From Thermoanaerobaculia bacterium (GTDB lineage: Bacteria; Acidobacteriota; Thermoanaerobaculia; Gp7-AA8): a stretch of DNA of 53,310 bases. This document shows positions 8,813 through 17,085 of the stretch, piece after piece (position 1 is the first letter of the stretch; every line of letters starts with the position of its first letter). A program made the position numbers and the translations under genes. Location of the stretch: contig DATELS010000330.1 in assembly GCA_035276365.1 (NCBI GenBank), positions 1-53,310 on the forward strand, given 5' to 3'. The notes beneath the pieces were generated by a model. That model was not told where the DNA came from. It made no database searches and saw only the letters and a list, made by a program, of their open reading frames with translations.

Positions 8813-8832
8813 ATGAACAGTCGTTCATATGA
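8809..8832. promoter_or_regulatory. Perfect 10-4-10 inverted repeat TCATATGAAC-AGTC-GTTCATATGA; candidate ArsR/SmtB operator
   Basis: Read directly from the sequence. The left arm covers the repressor start codon (8810-8812). The TGAAC..GTTCA core resembles known SmtB/CzrA/CadC-type operators. Confidence 0.55.
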
Positions 8833-8901
8833 TATGCCCGGTCCGAGGTACGTCAAGTGTCTTGAACGATCGCGCTCCGAGCTCTCTCAGAACGCCGTGG
8901 A

Positions 8902-9684
8902 TTATCGCCCGCGTCCACGGCGTTCACGCCGATCTCGATCGGCACGGTCATCTTCGTCGTGCCGTTCCTCGTCGTCCCCTTCTTCGTCTGAGTCTTCCTC
9001 CTCACCTGCCTCGGCGAGGATGGAGGACAAATAGCGCGCTGCTGCGATGCGCTCCTCGTCCGAGATCGGGTCCTTTCCGGGGATCGTGCGAGAGAACCGC
9101 TGCATCTTCCGGGTGATGCGACTCCATTCCCGCGCGTCCTCTCGCTCTGAGGCGATGGTGGATGCCCCGTGGCATTGGTTGCATTTGCTGGAAAGCGCTT
9201 CCCGGCCGCGCGTCTGTTCCGGAGTGAGCTTTGCGAGCGGTTGCACGACGCGCCATGCTGGAACGACGCCGAGCGCCGCGGTGATGATCGTCGTGACCGC
9301 GAGCGTGCCGCCGATCCACGGGAGTCGGTGGCCGAACGAGTGGAAGCGTCGGATCACGGCGATCTTGACCGTCAGCAGCAGGCCGATGAACACGCCAAGA
9401 ATCCCGTGCACGATGCTCGTCGGAGTCGCAACGCGGAACTCCCAGGTCCGAGGCAGCATCTCGAACAGCAGCGCAGCGTAGAGGAGGATGAAGACATAGC
9501 CTAGCCCGCGGTGGAGAAGCACGCCTGCTCGCGGTGCCGTCGAGATCCCATGCGGACTCCGCCCCGATGGATCGGGCGCCATCGGGAACCGCCAGAGCCA
9601 TGCCATCAGGGTGGCGTTGATTACCGCGATGGTCGCCATCGCCAGACCGAACCAGATCGTCGTCTGCATGGTCATCGTGACCAT
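8902..9684 (-). CDS. Membrane protein (about 4 TM) with a C-terminal c-type haem motif and a charged tail
   Basis: TM segments are followed by SSKCNQCHG (CxxCH). The tail is EEEDSDEEGDDEERHDEDDRADRDRRERRGRGR. Confidence 0.55.
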   Translation of the reverse strand: MVTMTMQTTIWFGLAMATIAVINATLMAWLWRFPMAPDPSGRSPHGISTAPRAGVLLHRGLGYVFILLYAALLFEMLPRTWEFRVATPTSIVHGILGVFIGLLLTVKIAVIRRFHSFGHRLPWIGGTLAVTTIITAALGVVPAWRVVQPLAKLTPEQTRGREALSSKCNQCHGASTIASEREDAREWSRITRKMQRFSRTIPGKDPISDEERIAAARYLSSILAEAGEEEDSDEEGDDEERHDEDDRADRDRRERRGRGR

Positions 9685-9754
9685 GCGCTGCGGATTTCAA
9701 GCCCGGGAGTACGGCGGCCGTTTCGCGCTGCGCATGGCGGCTCAAGGTTGACTT

Positions 9755-9809
9755 TCAATTGAGACTGGACAAACATCGGTCTCCTCAGTTGAGATAGAGT
9801 CTCAATTAA
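9755..9809. promoter_or_regulatory. Three copies of a TCA(A/G)TTGAGA(C/T) half-site (two direct, one inverted) upstream of the TonB-dependent receptor
   Basis: TCAATTGAGAC at 9755-9765, TCAGTTGAGAT at 9785-9795, and the inverted GTCTCAATTAA at 9799-9809. All lie in the 149-bp divergent intergenic region. Confidence 0.3.
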
Positions 9810-9833
9810 ATCTCGCGATTTTCGGAGCTTTTC

Positions 9834-12155
9834 ATGCGCCATCTCTTCGCCTTTTTCTTCTACGCCGCGCTCGTGGTCGGCGCGTCGCCTGCGACTGCTG
9901 CGGATGGATCTTCGATCCGCGGCATGGTCGTCGATCCATCGGGACGCGCCATCATCGGCGCGCGCGTCGTTCTCCATTCGCCTGCGGCATCCGATCGCGT
10001 CACGATGACGGATCGCTCGGGCAGGTTCACCTTCGATGAGGTTCCGGCAGAGGCCTCGCTTCGTGTTGCCGCAGAGCGATTCAGAGACACGGCGGTTGCT
10101 CTCACAGAGGAGAGATCCGACCTTCGCATCGTCCTCGAGGCCGCAGCCGTGGCCGAGGAGATCACCGTCATCGCCCCGCCGCCACTTCCCGTGCGCAGCT
10201 CGACCGCCACGAAGACCGACACGCCCCTCCGCGACGTGCCGCAGTCCGTCACCGTCATCACACGCGACGTTATCGCCCAGCAGAGCATGCAAGGCGTCGC
10301 AGACGTCGTCCGCTACGTTCCCGGCATCGGCATCGCTCAGGGAGAAGGGAATCGCGACACGCCGATCTTCCGCGGCAACAGCTCCACCTCGGACTTCTTC
10401 GTCGACGGCGTTCGCGATGACGTGCAGTACTTCCGCGACCTCTATAACGTCGAGCGCGTGGAGGCGCTGAAAGGCCCGAACGCCATGATCTTCGGCCGCG
10501 GCGGGGTCGGCGGGGTGCTGAACCGCGTCACGCGGCAGGCGGAATGGACTCCCACGCGCGAGCTCGCTCTGCAGGGCGGCTCGTTCGGCGACCGTCGCGT
10601 CAGCGGCGATTTCGGTCAGCTCCTCACCGAAAGCGTTTCCGCGCGCGTCACCGGCGTCTATCAGCAGTCCGAGTCGTACCGCGATGGCGCGCGCCTGGAT
10701 CGCTATGGGATCAATCCAACCGTGGCAGTCGCGATCGGACCGAAGACGATGCTTCGCGCCGGCTTCGAATACTTCCACGACGACCGCACCGCCGATCGCG
10801 GCATCCCTTCGTTCGCAGGCCGGCCGGTGAGTACCGACGCATCGACGTTCTTCGGCAACGCGGACCTGAGCAACTCCCGCGCGAACGTCAAGGTCTGGTC
10901 GTCCACCGTCGATCACCGCTTCAGCGAGACGGTTTCGCTGCGCAGCCGCCTCTCGTACGGCGACTACGACAAGTTCTATCAGAACGTCTTCCCCGGTGCG
11001 GCCGACGCGTCTGGAACGAACGTCAGCATCTCCGCGTACAACCAGGCGACGCAGCGTCAGAACCTCTTCAGTCAGACCGATCTCGTGGTCACGCGACGCA
11101 CCGGCCGTTTCGGTCACACCATCCTGGCGGGCATGGAGCTGGGCCGGCAGATGACGGACAACTTCCGCGAGACCGGCTACTTCACCACGCTCGGCGCGGG
11201 CGTCACGACCGTCTCGGTTCCGATCTCGAGCCCGAAGACATCGCTGCCGCTGGAGTTCCGCCAGAGCGCATCGGATGCGGACAACCACGGCATCGCCCAG
11301 ATCGCCGCGCTGTACGTGCAGGACCAGATCACCCTCACGCCGCGGCTCCAGGCCCTCGCCGGAATCCGCTACGACCGCTTCCGCGTCGATTTCCGCAACA
11401 ACCGCAGCGGCGCGGCGTTCGAGAGCAGCGACGGCCTCGTTTCGCCGCGCCTCGGCCTCGTCTACAAGCCCATCGAGCCCGTTTCGCTGTACGCGAGCTA
11501 CAGCCTCTCCTATCTCCCGCGCGCCGGCGAACAACTGTCGTCGCTCACGCTCTCGAATCAGTCCCTCGATCCCGAGGAGTTCCGGAACTACGAGCTCGGC
11601 GCGAAGTGGGACGTGGCGAAGCGACTGGAGCTCGCGGCGTCGGTATACCGGCTCGACCGCGGCAACGTCGCCGTCCCCGACCCGATCAATCCCGCCGTCT
11701 CCACGCTCGTCGATGGACAGCGCAGCGAAGGCTTCGAGCTGAGCGCCGCCGGAAATCTCACCGGCGCCTGGAGCATCGTCGGCGCGTACGCGTTTCAGGA
11801 TGGCGAGATCCTGCAGTCGTTGTCCTCCACCGCCCGTGCCGGCGCGAAGCTCGCGCAGTTGCCGCGGCATTCCGCGTCGCTCTGGAACAAGCTCGATCTC
11901 TCATCCGCCTGGGGTGTCGGCCTCGGCGTCATCTACCGCGACGCCCTCTTCACCTCGACCGACAACAGCGTGACGCTCCCCGCATTCACTCGCGTCGATG
12001 CTGCGCTCTACTACACCTTCAGCCAGCGTCTGCGCGCGCAGGTGAACGTGGAGAACCTCTTCGACACCGAGTACTACGCCTACGCCCACAGCAACACGAA
12101 CATCACGCCCGGCTCGCCACGCGCGGTACGCGTCAGCTGGACGACGCGCTTCTGA
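9834..12155 (+). CDS. TonB-dependent outer-membrane receptor with N-terminal carboxypeptidase-regulatory-like domain
   Basis: Signal peptide, then SIRGMVVDPSGRAIIGARVVL. Plug motifs are DTPLRDVPQSVTVITRD, IFRGN and VERVEALKGPNAMIFGRGGVGGVLN. C-terminal beta-strand ends in ...VRVSWTTRF. Confidence 0.9.
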   Translation: MRHLFAFFFYAALVVGASPATAADGSSIRGMVVDPSGRAIIGARVVLHSPAASDRVTMTDRSGRFTFDEVPAEASLRVAAERFRDTAVALTEERSDLRIVLEAAAVAEEITVIAPPPLPVRSSTATKTDTPLRDVPQSVTVITRDVIAQQSMQGVADVVRYVPGIGIAQGEGNRDTPIFRGNSSTSDFFVDGVRDDVQYFRDLYNVERVEALKGPNAMIFGRGGVGGVLNRVTRQAEWTPTRELALQGGSFGDRRVSGDFGQLLTESVSARVTGVYQQSESYRDGARLDRYGINPTVAVAIGPKTMLRAGFEYFHDDRTADRGIPSFAGRPVSTDASTFFGNADLSNSRANVKVWSSTVDHRFSETVSLRSRLSYGDYDKFYQNVFPGAADASGTNVSISAYNQATQRQNLFSQTDLVVTRRTGRFGHTILAGMELGRQMTDNFRETGYFTTLGAGVTTVSVPISSPKTSLPLEFRQSASDADNHGIAQIAALYVQDQITLTPRLQALAGIRYDRFRVDFRNNRSGAAFESSDGLVSPRLGLVYKPIEPVSLYASYSLSYLPRAGEQLSSLTLSNQSLDPEEFRNYELGAKWDVAKRLELAASVYRLDRGNVAVPDPINPAVSTLVDGQRSEGFELSAAGNLTGAWSIVGAYAFQDGEILQSLSSTARAGAKLAQLPRHSASLWNKLDLSSAWGVGLGVIYRDALFTSTDNSVTLPAFTRVDAALYYTFSQRLRAQVNVENLFDTEYYAYAHSNTNITPGSPRAVRVSWTTRF

Positions 12156-12235
12156 CCAACTGCTTGCCGGAACGCATCCCGCTTACGAAAACGTGTAGGC
12201 GGGATGCAGTCGGCATCGTGCGGAGAGGAGGCTGG

Positions 12236-12478
12236 ATGACCAGCGATCGAGTAAGAATCCGAGTCTCGGTTGAAGAAGGGCACGTCGTCTTCGAACGCCT
12301 GAACGGTGCGGCACCACGCAACGACGGCGAGAGAAGGCTGAGAACGGAGATCAAGTCGCTCGACGCGTTCGAAGCGAACGTGGGAACGCCGTACTACCTG
12401 GTCCAGGAAGCGTGGGGCATCGAGCCGCAGCTCGTTACGTTCGTCGATGCGAACGGCAACGAGCTCCACCCCGACTGA
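12236..12478 (+). CDS. Hypothetical small protein (80 aa)
   Basis: The ATG is preceded by GGAGAGGAGG. The composition of MTSDRVRIRVSVEEGHVVFERLNG... is balanced, unlike the off-frame ORF 10544..12478 in which it is embedded. Confidence 0.4.
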   Translation: MTSDRVRIRVSVEEGHVVFERLNGAAPRNDGERRLRTEIKSLDAFEANVGTPYYLVQEAWGIEPQLVTFVDANGNELHPD

Positions 12479-12498
12479 GCCCCCACCTCGGCCGTCGC

Positions 12499-12870
12499 TT
12501 ACGACTGCTTCCTCGCGCCGTACTTCTTCAGATTCGCGTCGTTCTCGAAGTAGTAGACCTTCCCCTCGGCGTCCGCACCGATGACGGCCTTGGCCTTGTC
12601 TACCGTCTTACCCGACACCGGATCGACGGCGACGCGCTTGGACGCGTCGTTCGCCAGCCGCTCCTTACACATCTCGCAGCAGCCGTAGTACGTCTTCCCG
12701 TCCACGACCACCGGGATCTGGTCCTTGTCCATGAACCGCTCGTTGATCATGCAGACCTTTTTCGGTTCGACTTTCGTCAGCGGGGTCGGCTCGGTCGAGC
12801 TCGCGGCAAAGGCCGCGGCCGCCACGGCCAGGGCGAGGAAAGCAACGATCAGAAGCTGAAAGTTACGCAT
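12499..12870 (-). CDS. Secreted YHS/TRASH-like Cys-motif protein
   Basis: Start at MRNFQLLIVAFLALAVAAAAFA (GGAGG upstream). Contains VCMINERFMDKDQIPVVVDGKTYYGCCEMCKERL, which resembles the YHS/TRASH metal-binding pattern. Confidence 0.55.
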   Translation of the reverse strand: MRNFQLLIVAFLALAVAAAAFAASSTEPTPLTKVEPKKVCMINERFMDKDQIPVVVDGKTYYGCCEMCKERLANDASKRVAVDPVSGKTVDKAKAVIGADAEGKVYYFENDANLKKYGARKQS

Positions 12871-12995
12871 GGAGGCCTCCTTGATGGAGGACAGAACGCT
12901 GCTCGGCCGGTAACCATTTCTGTCCCTCGCCCGTCTGGACCAGCGCCGCAGCAGTTCGCGTACACAGCCTTGGGCGCCAGGTCGGCGGCCGGACT

Positions 12996-13496
12996 TCAGG
13001 AAGCGAGAGTGGCGGGAATCAGCGCCTCCGCGTCCGTGGCGCGGATCGGGGCCGGCCAATGGAACGCTTCGCGGAAGCCATCCAGGGTCTGTTGGAGTTC
13101 CGGCGCTTCGGCGGTCGTAAGCTCGACCAACTCCCGCGCCAGGATGTCGCTCACGGTCGTCTGTTCGCGGCTCGCAGCCGCTTCGAGCGCCGCAATCTGA
13201 TAGGCGGGCAAGCGAACGGTAAGCGTCTTCAGTCGGACCAGCGGCGGAAGAAGGGAGGCGTCAGTGCCCAACGCCCGCTCGATGGCTTCATAGGACCAGT
13301 CGGCAAACGCGAGCACCGCGATGGCGAACGAAGGAATTGGCCGAACCAGCCACTCATCACGGTCCGTGACGAACTGCGAGCTGAGCTCCGCCGCGAGTTC
13401 CTCCGTTGTCCAGCCGAGTAGGCTCGCCGCATCGTCGAGGGAGTAGGTCGCGTTCGTATCGAGGAAAAGCTGTTTGATCGCGTTCGGCTGGTTCAT
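12996..13496 (-). CDS. Hypothetical DNA-binding protein with a probable ribbon-helix-helix segment
   Basis: Start at MNQPNAIK (GGGAGG upstream). LKTLTVRLPAYQIAALEAAASREQTTVSDILAREL looks like a CopG/RHH motif. Divergent from the XRE gene. Confidence 0.45.
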   Translation of the reverse strand: MNQPNAIKQLFLDTNATYSLDDAASLLGWTTEELAAELSSQFVTDRDEWLVRPIPSFAIAVLAFADWSYEAIERALGTDASLLPPLVRLKTLTVRLPAYQIAALEAAASREQTTVSDILARELVELTTAEAPELQQTLDGFREAFHWPAPIRATDAEALIPATLAS

Positions 13497-13505
13497 GTCG
13501 CCTCC

Positions 13506-13540
13506 CACTATTGTTTGATGCAGGCTATCAAACAATAGTG
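13506..13540. promoter_or_regulatory. Perfect 14-bp inverted repeat CACTATTGTTTGAT-N7-ATCAAACAATAGTG in a divergent promoter region
   Basis: Read directly. It lies between the start codons at 13496 (minus) and 13557 (plus). Confidence 0.55.
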
Positions 13541-13556
13541 TGATAGTGCAACTACG

Positions 13557-13820
13557 ATGCGTCGACCGGAAGCGAAGATCTTCGGGGAGAGGCTGCGAGA
13601 GTATCGGATGCTCCGCGAAATGTCGCAGGCCGATCTCGCCGCGGCCGTAGCGGACCGTGGCGGGCGTCTGACTTCGAACTATGTGAGCGATCTCGAACGC
13701 GGCTTGAAGGCACCGACGCTGACCATGATCCTCAAGCTGAGCCGTGTGCTCAATGTTAGCGTTGCCGATCTCCTGCGCGACTTCACGCCCGAGGTCGTTC
13801 GCAAGCTCCGCCTCGAGTAA
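13557..13820 (+). CDS. XRE-family helix-turn-helix transcriptional regulator
   Basis: FGERLREYRMLREMSQADLAAAV...VSDLERGLKAPTLTMILKLSRVLNVSVADLL is a canonical Cro/C1 HTH. Confidence 0.85.
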   Translation: MRRPEAKIFGERLREYRMLREMSQADLAAAVADRGGRLTSNYVSDLERGLKAPTLTMILKLSRVLNVSVADLLRDFTPEVVRKLRLE

Positions 13821-14008
13821 CTCTATGGAGTGCCCGCGCTAGATCGATGAACGGGAACAAGCCCGTAACGAACGTCGAATTTCAACAATAGAGCCGGCGT
13901 CGAGAAGCCCATTCTGGTCTATCACCTCGCGTACATGATCAACTCGCCCGCTGCATCGAGGAGCGAGCGGCACGTTGCTACGGTGATCCCGCTCCGTTGG
14001 AGTCGTCG

Positions 14009-16432
14009 TCAGCTTCCGTGACACTTCTTGTACTTCTGGCCGCTGCCACAAGGGCACGGCGCATTCCTCCCGATCTTTCCCTCGGCTGCGACGCGCAGTC
14101 GGTAAGTAGCTTTGGCTAGCTCATCGATCCGGCCGCGGTCTGCGGGATCGATCGAGTCGGGTCGTACCCACTCGAAGGCAACCTCGACGAGCGAACCATG
14201 GGCGTCGAACATCAGCTCGAAGAGGAGCCGGCTCTCTTCGCTGGCGAGGGACGCCAGACCAAGCGTCATGTCATGCGCATAGTCGGAATTGCGCGCCACG
14301 ACGCCGTCTCGCCAGCAGAAGATCGTGACCGCAGTGTTTCCATAGACTGATGCCGGCGCCGGTGGTCCGCCGACGCGTTGTCGCTCGATGGCGTGGTCGA
14401 GCAGCATCGACAGCTGCTGTCTCGATGACGAATCGAGGTCGAGCAGCGCCGCCGCCGCGCTGGCCCGGCCGCGGGTTTGCTGCGTCGCGAGCCGATCGAG
14501 AACCTGCTGAAGAACGGGTGGCAATTTCTGACCGGGACGGGTGGCCGTACCGTCGAGCAGCATCGAGTGGTAGTACTGATCGATCGGCTCCTTGTATCCG
14601 CGCCACATCGTCGGTTCGCTGGAGCTGATCTTCAGCGCGGCCTGCAGGTAATCGTTGTGCGTGAAGTACAGCCCGAGATGATCCAACTCGTCGTCGATCC
14701 TGATCGCTGAAGTCTGTGCGACGGCGCGTCGGCGTTGCCGCAGATAGTGAACGAAGATCAGCGGGTTCGAAAACAAGTCGCGCATGACGCGCAGGTCATC
14801 GATGGAGACGGACCATCCCGGCATAGTGCCGACATCGACGCCCATCGGCTTCAGATGCTCCGCCTGCGCCGCAAGGTCGGTGAGCGCGTCCAGCGTCACG
14901 CCGCAAATTGTGACCACCTCAAATCGATCCCGGCGAAGGCGGGTGAGCTCGTGGTGTTCGCGGTCGAACATCGGCACCTCCTCCGCGCTGTTTAGATACT
15001 CGAGAAACCGTCGTCCTTGGCTGAGCGGCTTGTGGATGAGGCTCTTCGCAGAGGCAATGTGCGCGGGAAAGTCATTCGTCGGTGCCGTGTACGTGAAGGC
15101 ACCTGCTTTGACTTCGATGATGAAGAGATGTTCCTCCAGGTCGGCGACGACGACGCCGTCGCACTCGCACCAGTTCTTGGTGGATCTCTTCGTCGGCGGC
15201 CACTGGTAGTACGCAGGGGCGTATGCTTTTGCTCCGTTGACCAGACCGGAGATCAGCGATATCGCCACCGCTTCGGAGGCTTCTCGCTGCCGGTCTTCCC
15301 ACTGCTGTTTCAGATCGGGACGAAGCCTGAAAACTGCGCGCGAGATGATGCGGTACAGGTGATCGCGAACCGCGTAGACGTCGAAGCAGTAGAAACGGTC
15401 TCCGACATGAAGAAAAGGTCTGCGATGGATCGGCCACTCGCGCAGAGGCCATCCCTTCATCTCGTCACCGCTGAAGAACGAAGTCTCTTCGCCCGGTGCC
15501 CAGGCAAGTTCGCGTAGGAAAGCAGAGGGCAACTTCGTGATCTTCTGGAGGTCGAACAGGCCGAAGTGGTACAGCCGGTCGAAGACGTCATCGCGACGTT
15601 CAGTCCACCCGCGCTTCTCGACCGAATACTTTCCCAGTTCTTTCACGTCGGAGAACTCCACGCCCGCCGCGACGTCCTCCTCCATGGCTGCGAGGCAGTC
15701 TTTGTGGAACGCGACCAAATCGTCTTTCGCTTTGTTGATGCCGAGGGTGAGGCTGAATTCGATGTTCTCGACCGCGGAGATGATCTCTTCTGCCGAGACG
15801 CCGAATACCTCGCGCAGGATGCCGTCCTGCGGCGTCACGAAGTCGCGCAGTTGTTCGATGAGATGAACCGGATATCGATCGCCTCGGACGGTTGTCCAGT
15901 ACACCTGGGACTTGAAGTACAGCTCCTCGTGCTGTTCGTCGTAGGCAGGGTCGTTCAGCTTTCGCTCCGCCGTGCGTGCAGCCATGTATGGACCGTTCAC
16001 GAGCGTGAACAGCTCGTCTACATTCCTCTTCAGCCCTTCCCATACATCGTCGGCTAGCTTCGTTTGATCCGCCGCTGGAGGAACTGCCGCGATGACGCTC
16101 TGGACGTAATCGATCATCCGCATCGCCAGAACGTGGTCAGCACCGATCTCGCTCTCCGCCGTCACGGTGAGATGCTGGACGGCGAACATCCACCACGCTC
16201 GGAGAAGCAGTTCGTCTGGTTTGGTTGAACGGACGATCTCCGCGATCCGTGTCACGCGCGCGTCGATCTCGGCGGCTACGTTCGGGACCTGTTGGGCGAG
16301 GTGTTCGAGATGCTCGCGAAACTCCTCGGGCGTCATGAGGTTCCGGGCATAAGTCGTGCGGCCGAACCGCGCCAGCTCGAATGGACCCCACCGAAGTACG
16401 TCGTCGGGCAGCTTCTTTTTCTTGTGCTTCAT
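14009..16432 (-). CDS. Large (808 aa) SEC-C-motif protein with an internal PD-(D/E)xK/NERD-like nuclease core
   Basis: Start at MKHKKKKLPDD. Core is NWCECDGVVVADLEEHLFIIEVKAG (D...E-x-K). C-terminus is GRNAPCPCGSGQKYKKCHGS (SecA-type SEC-C zinc motif). The upstream 192 codons of the listed ORF are off-frame-like. Confidence 0.7.
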   Translation of the reverse strand: MKHKKKKLPDDVLRWGPFELARFGRTTYARNLMTPEEFREHLEHLAQQVPNVAAEIDARVTRIAEIVRSTKPDELLLRAWWMFAVQHLTVTAESEIGADHVLAMRMIDYVQSVIAAVPPAADQTKLADDVWEGLKRNVDELFTLVNGPYMAARTAERKLNDPAYDEQHEELYFKSQVYWTTVRGDRYPVHLIEQLRDFVTPQDGILREVFGVSAEEIISAVENIEFSLTLGINKAKDDLVAFHKDCLAAMEEDVAAGVEFSDVKELGKYSVEKRGWTERRDDVFDRLYHFGLFDLQKITKLPSAFLRELAWAPGEETSFFSGDEMKGWPLREWPIHRRPFLHVGDRFYCFDVYAVRDHLYRIISRAVFRLRPDLKQQWEDRQREASEAVAISLISGLVNGAKAYAPAYYQWPPTKRSTKNWCECDGVVVADLEEHLFIIEVKAGAFTYTAPTNDFPAHIASAKSLIHKPLSQGRRFLEYLNSAEEVPMFDREHHELTRLRRDRFEVVTICGVTLDALTDLAAQAEHLKPMGVDVGTMPGWSVSIDDLRVMRDLFSNPLIFVHYLRQRRRAVAQTSAIRIDDELDHLGLYFTHNDYLQAALKISSSEPTMWRGYKEPIDQYYHSMLLDGTATRPGQKLPPVLQQVLDRLATQQTRGRASAAAALLDLDSSSRQQLSMLLDHAIERQRVGGPPAPASVYGNTAVTIFCWRDGVVARNSDYAHDMTLGLASLASEESRLLFELMFDAHGSLVEVAFEWVRPDSIDPADRGRIDELAKATYRLRVAAEGKIGRNAPCPCGSGQKYKKCHGS

Positions 16433-16516
16433 CGCGCCGTGATGAACAGGTACGAGTGCTGATTTGGTTCCCTGTCTCCCGAGCCGTACGATCTGGCGTG
16501 ACCGTACCCCTGTGCG

Positions 16517-17005
16517 ATGATGCCGCACGTCGTGACGACCTCCGACATCCTCCTTCGCCTCACTGTCGCCACGCTCATCGGAGCGATCCTCGGTGTAGAC
16601 CGCGAGCTCCGCGCGAAGCCGGCCGGGCTGCGTACGCATGCCCTCGTGGCGCTCGGTGCGGCGCTGGTCACGCTGACCACGCTCGGCCTCGCAAACGGCG
16701 GCAGCGCGGATCCAGTGAGCCGCGCCATCCAAGGCATCATTGCGGGCGTCGGCTTTCTCGGTGCAGGCGCGATTCTGAAGGCGCGCGATCGCGACGAAGT
16801 GAGCGGTCTCACCACTGCCGCCTCCATCTGGCTCGTCGCCTCGCTCGGCATCGCCTGCGGCGCCGGTTACTGGCTCGCCGCGCTTGCCGCTCTCGTCCTC
16901 GCGTTGATCGTGCTCGTCCTCGGCGGTCCGGTGGAAGGATTGTTGCGCCGTCTCTTCGGTAGGGGCGAGCGGAACGAGCCGCCGCACGCACCGAACGAGC
17001 GGTGA
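16517..17005 (+). CDS. mgtC: MgtC/SapB-family membrane protein
   Basis: LLRLTVATLIGAILGVDRELRAKPAGLRTHALVALGAAL...GIIAGVGFLGAGAIL...GLTTAASIWLVASLGIACGAG are typical MgtC blocks. Confidence 0.85.
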   Translation: MMPHVVTTSDILLRLTVATLIGAILGVDRELRAKPAGLRTHALVALGAALVTLTTLGLANGGSADPVSRAIQGIIAGVGFLGAGAILKARDRDEVSGLTTAASIWLVASLGIACGAGYWLAALAALVLALIVLVLGGPVEGLLRRLFGRGERNEPPHAPNER

Positions 17006-17085
17006 CAATCGCGGCCGCAGTTACCCCATTCGACGACGTGAGGAGTATGATTTGTTCGTGCTGTCGTTACGAAAGGAGCGGCACG

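Noticed and set aside
9672-11870. 732-aa minus-strand ORF, and the 644-aa plus-strand ORF 10544..12478
   Set aside because: Both overlap the TonB-dependent receptor frame and have Arg/Ala/Gly-biased composition with no motifs. Only the last 80 codons of 10544..12478 (12236..12478, with its own RBS) were kept as a possible small gene.
12173-12207. Stem-loop GCATCCCG-N19-CGGGATGC after the TonB-dependent receptor stop, as a possible terminator
   Set aside because: The 8-bp stem is real, but the loop is long (19 nt) and there is no U-tract, so it is not convincing as an intrinsic terminator.
16433-16516. Mg (M-box) riboswitch upstream of mgtC, and a NiCo/czcD-type riboswitch upstream of czcD (29256..29285)
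   Set aside because: The leaders are only 84 nt and 30 nt, too short for these elements, and no conserved riboswitch cores were seen.
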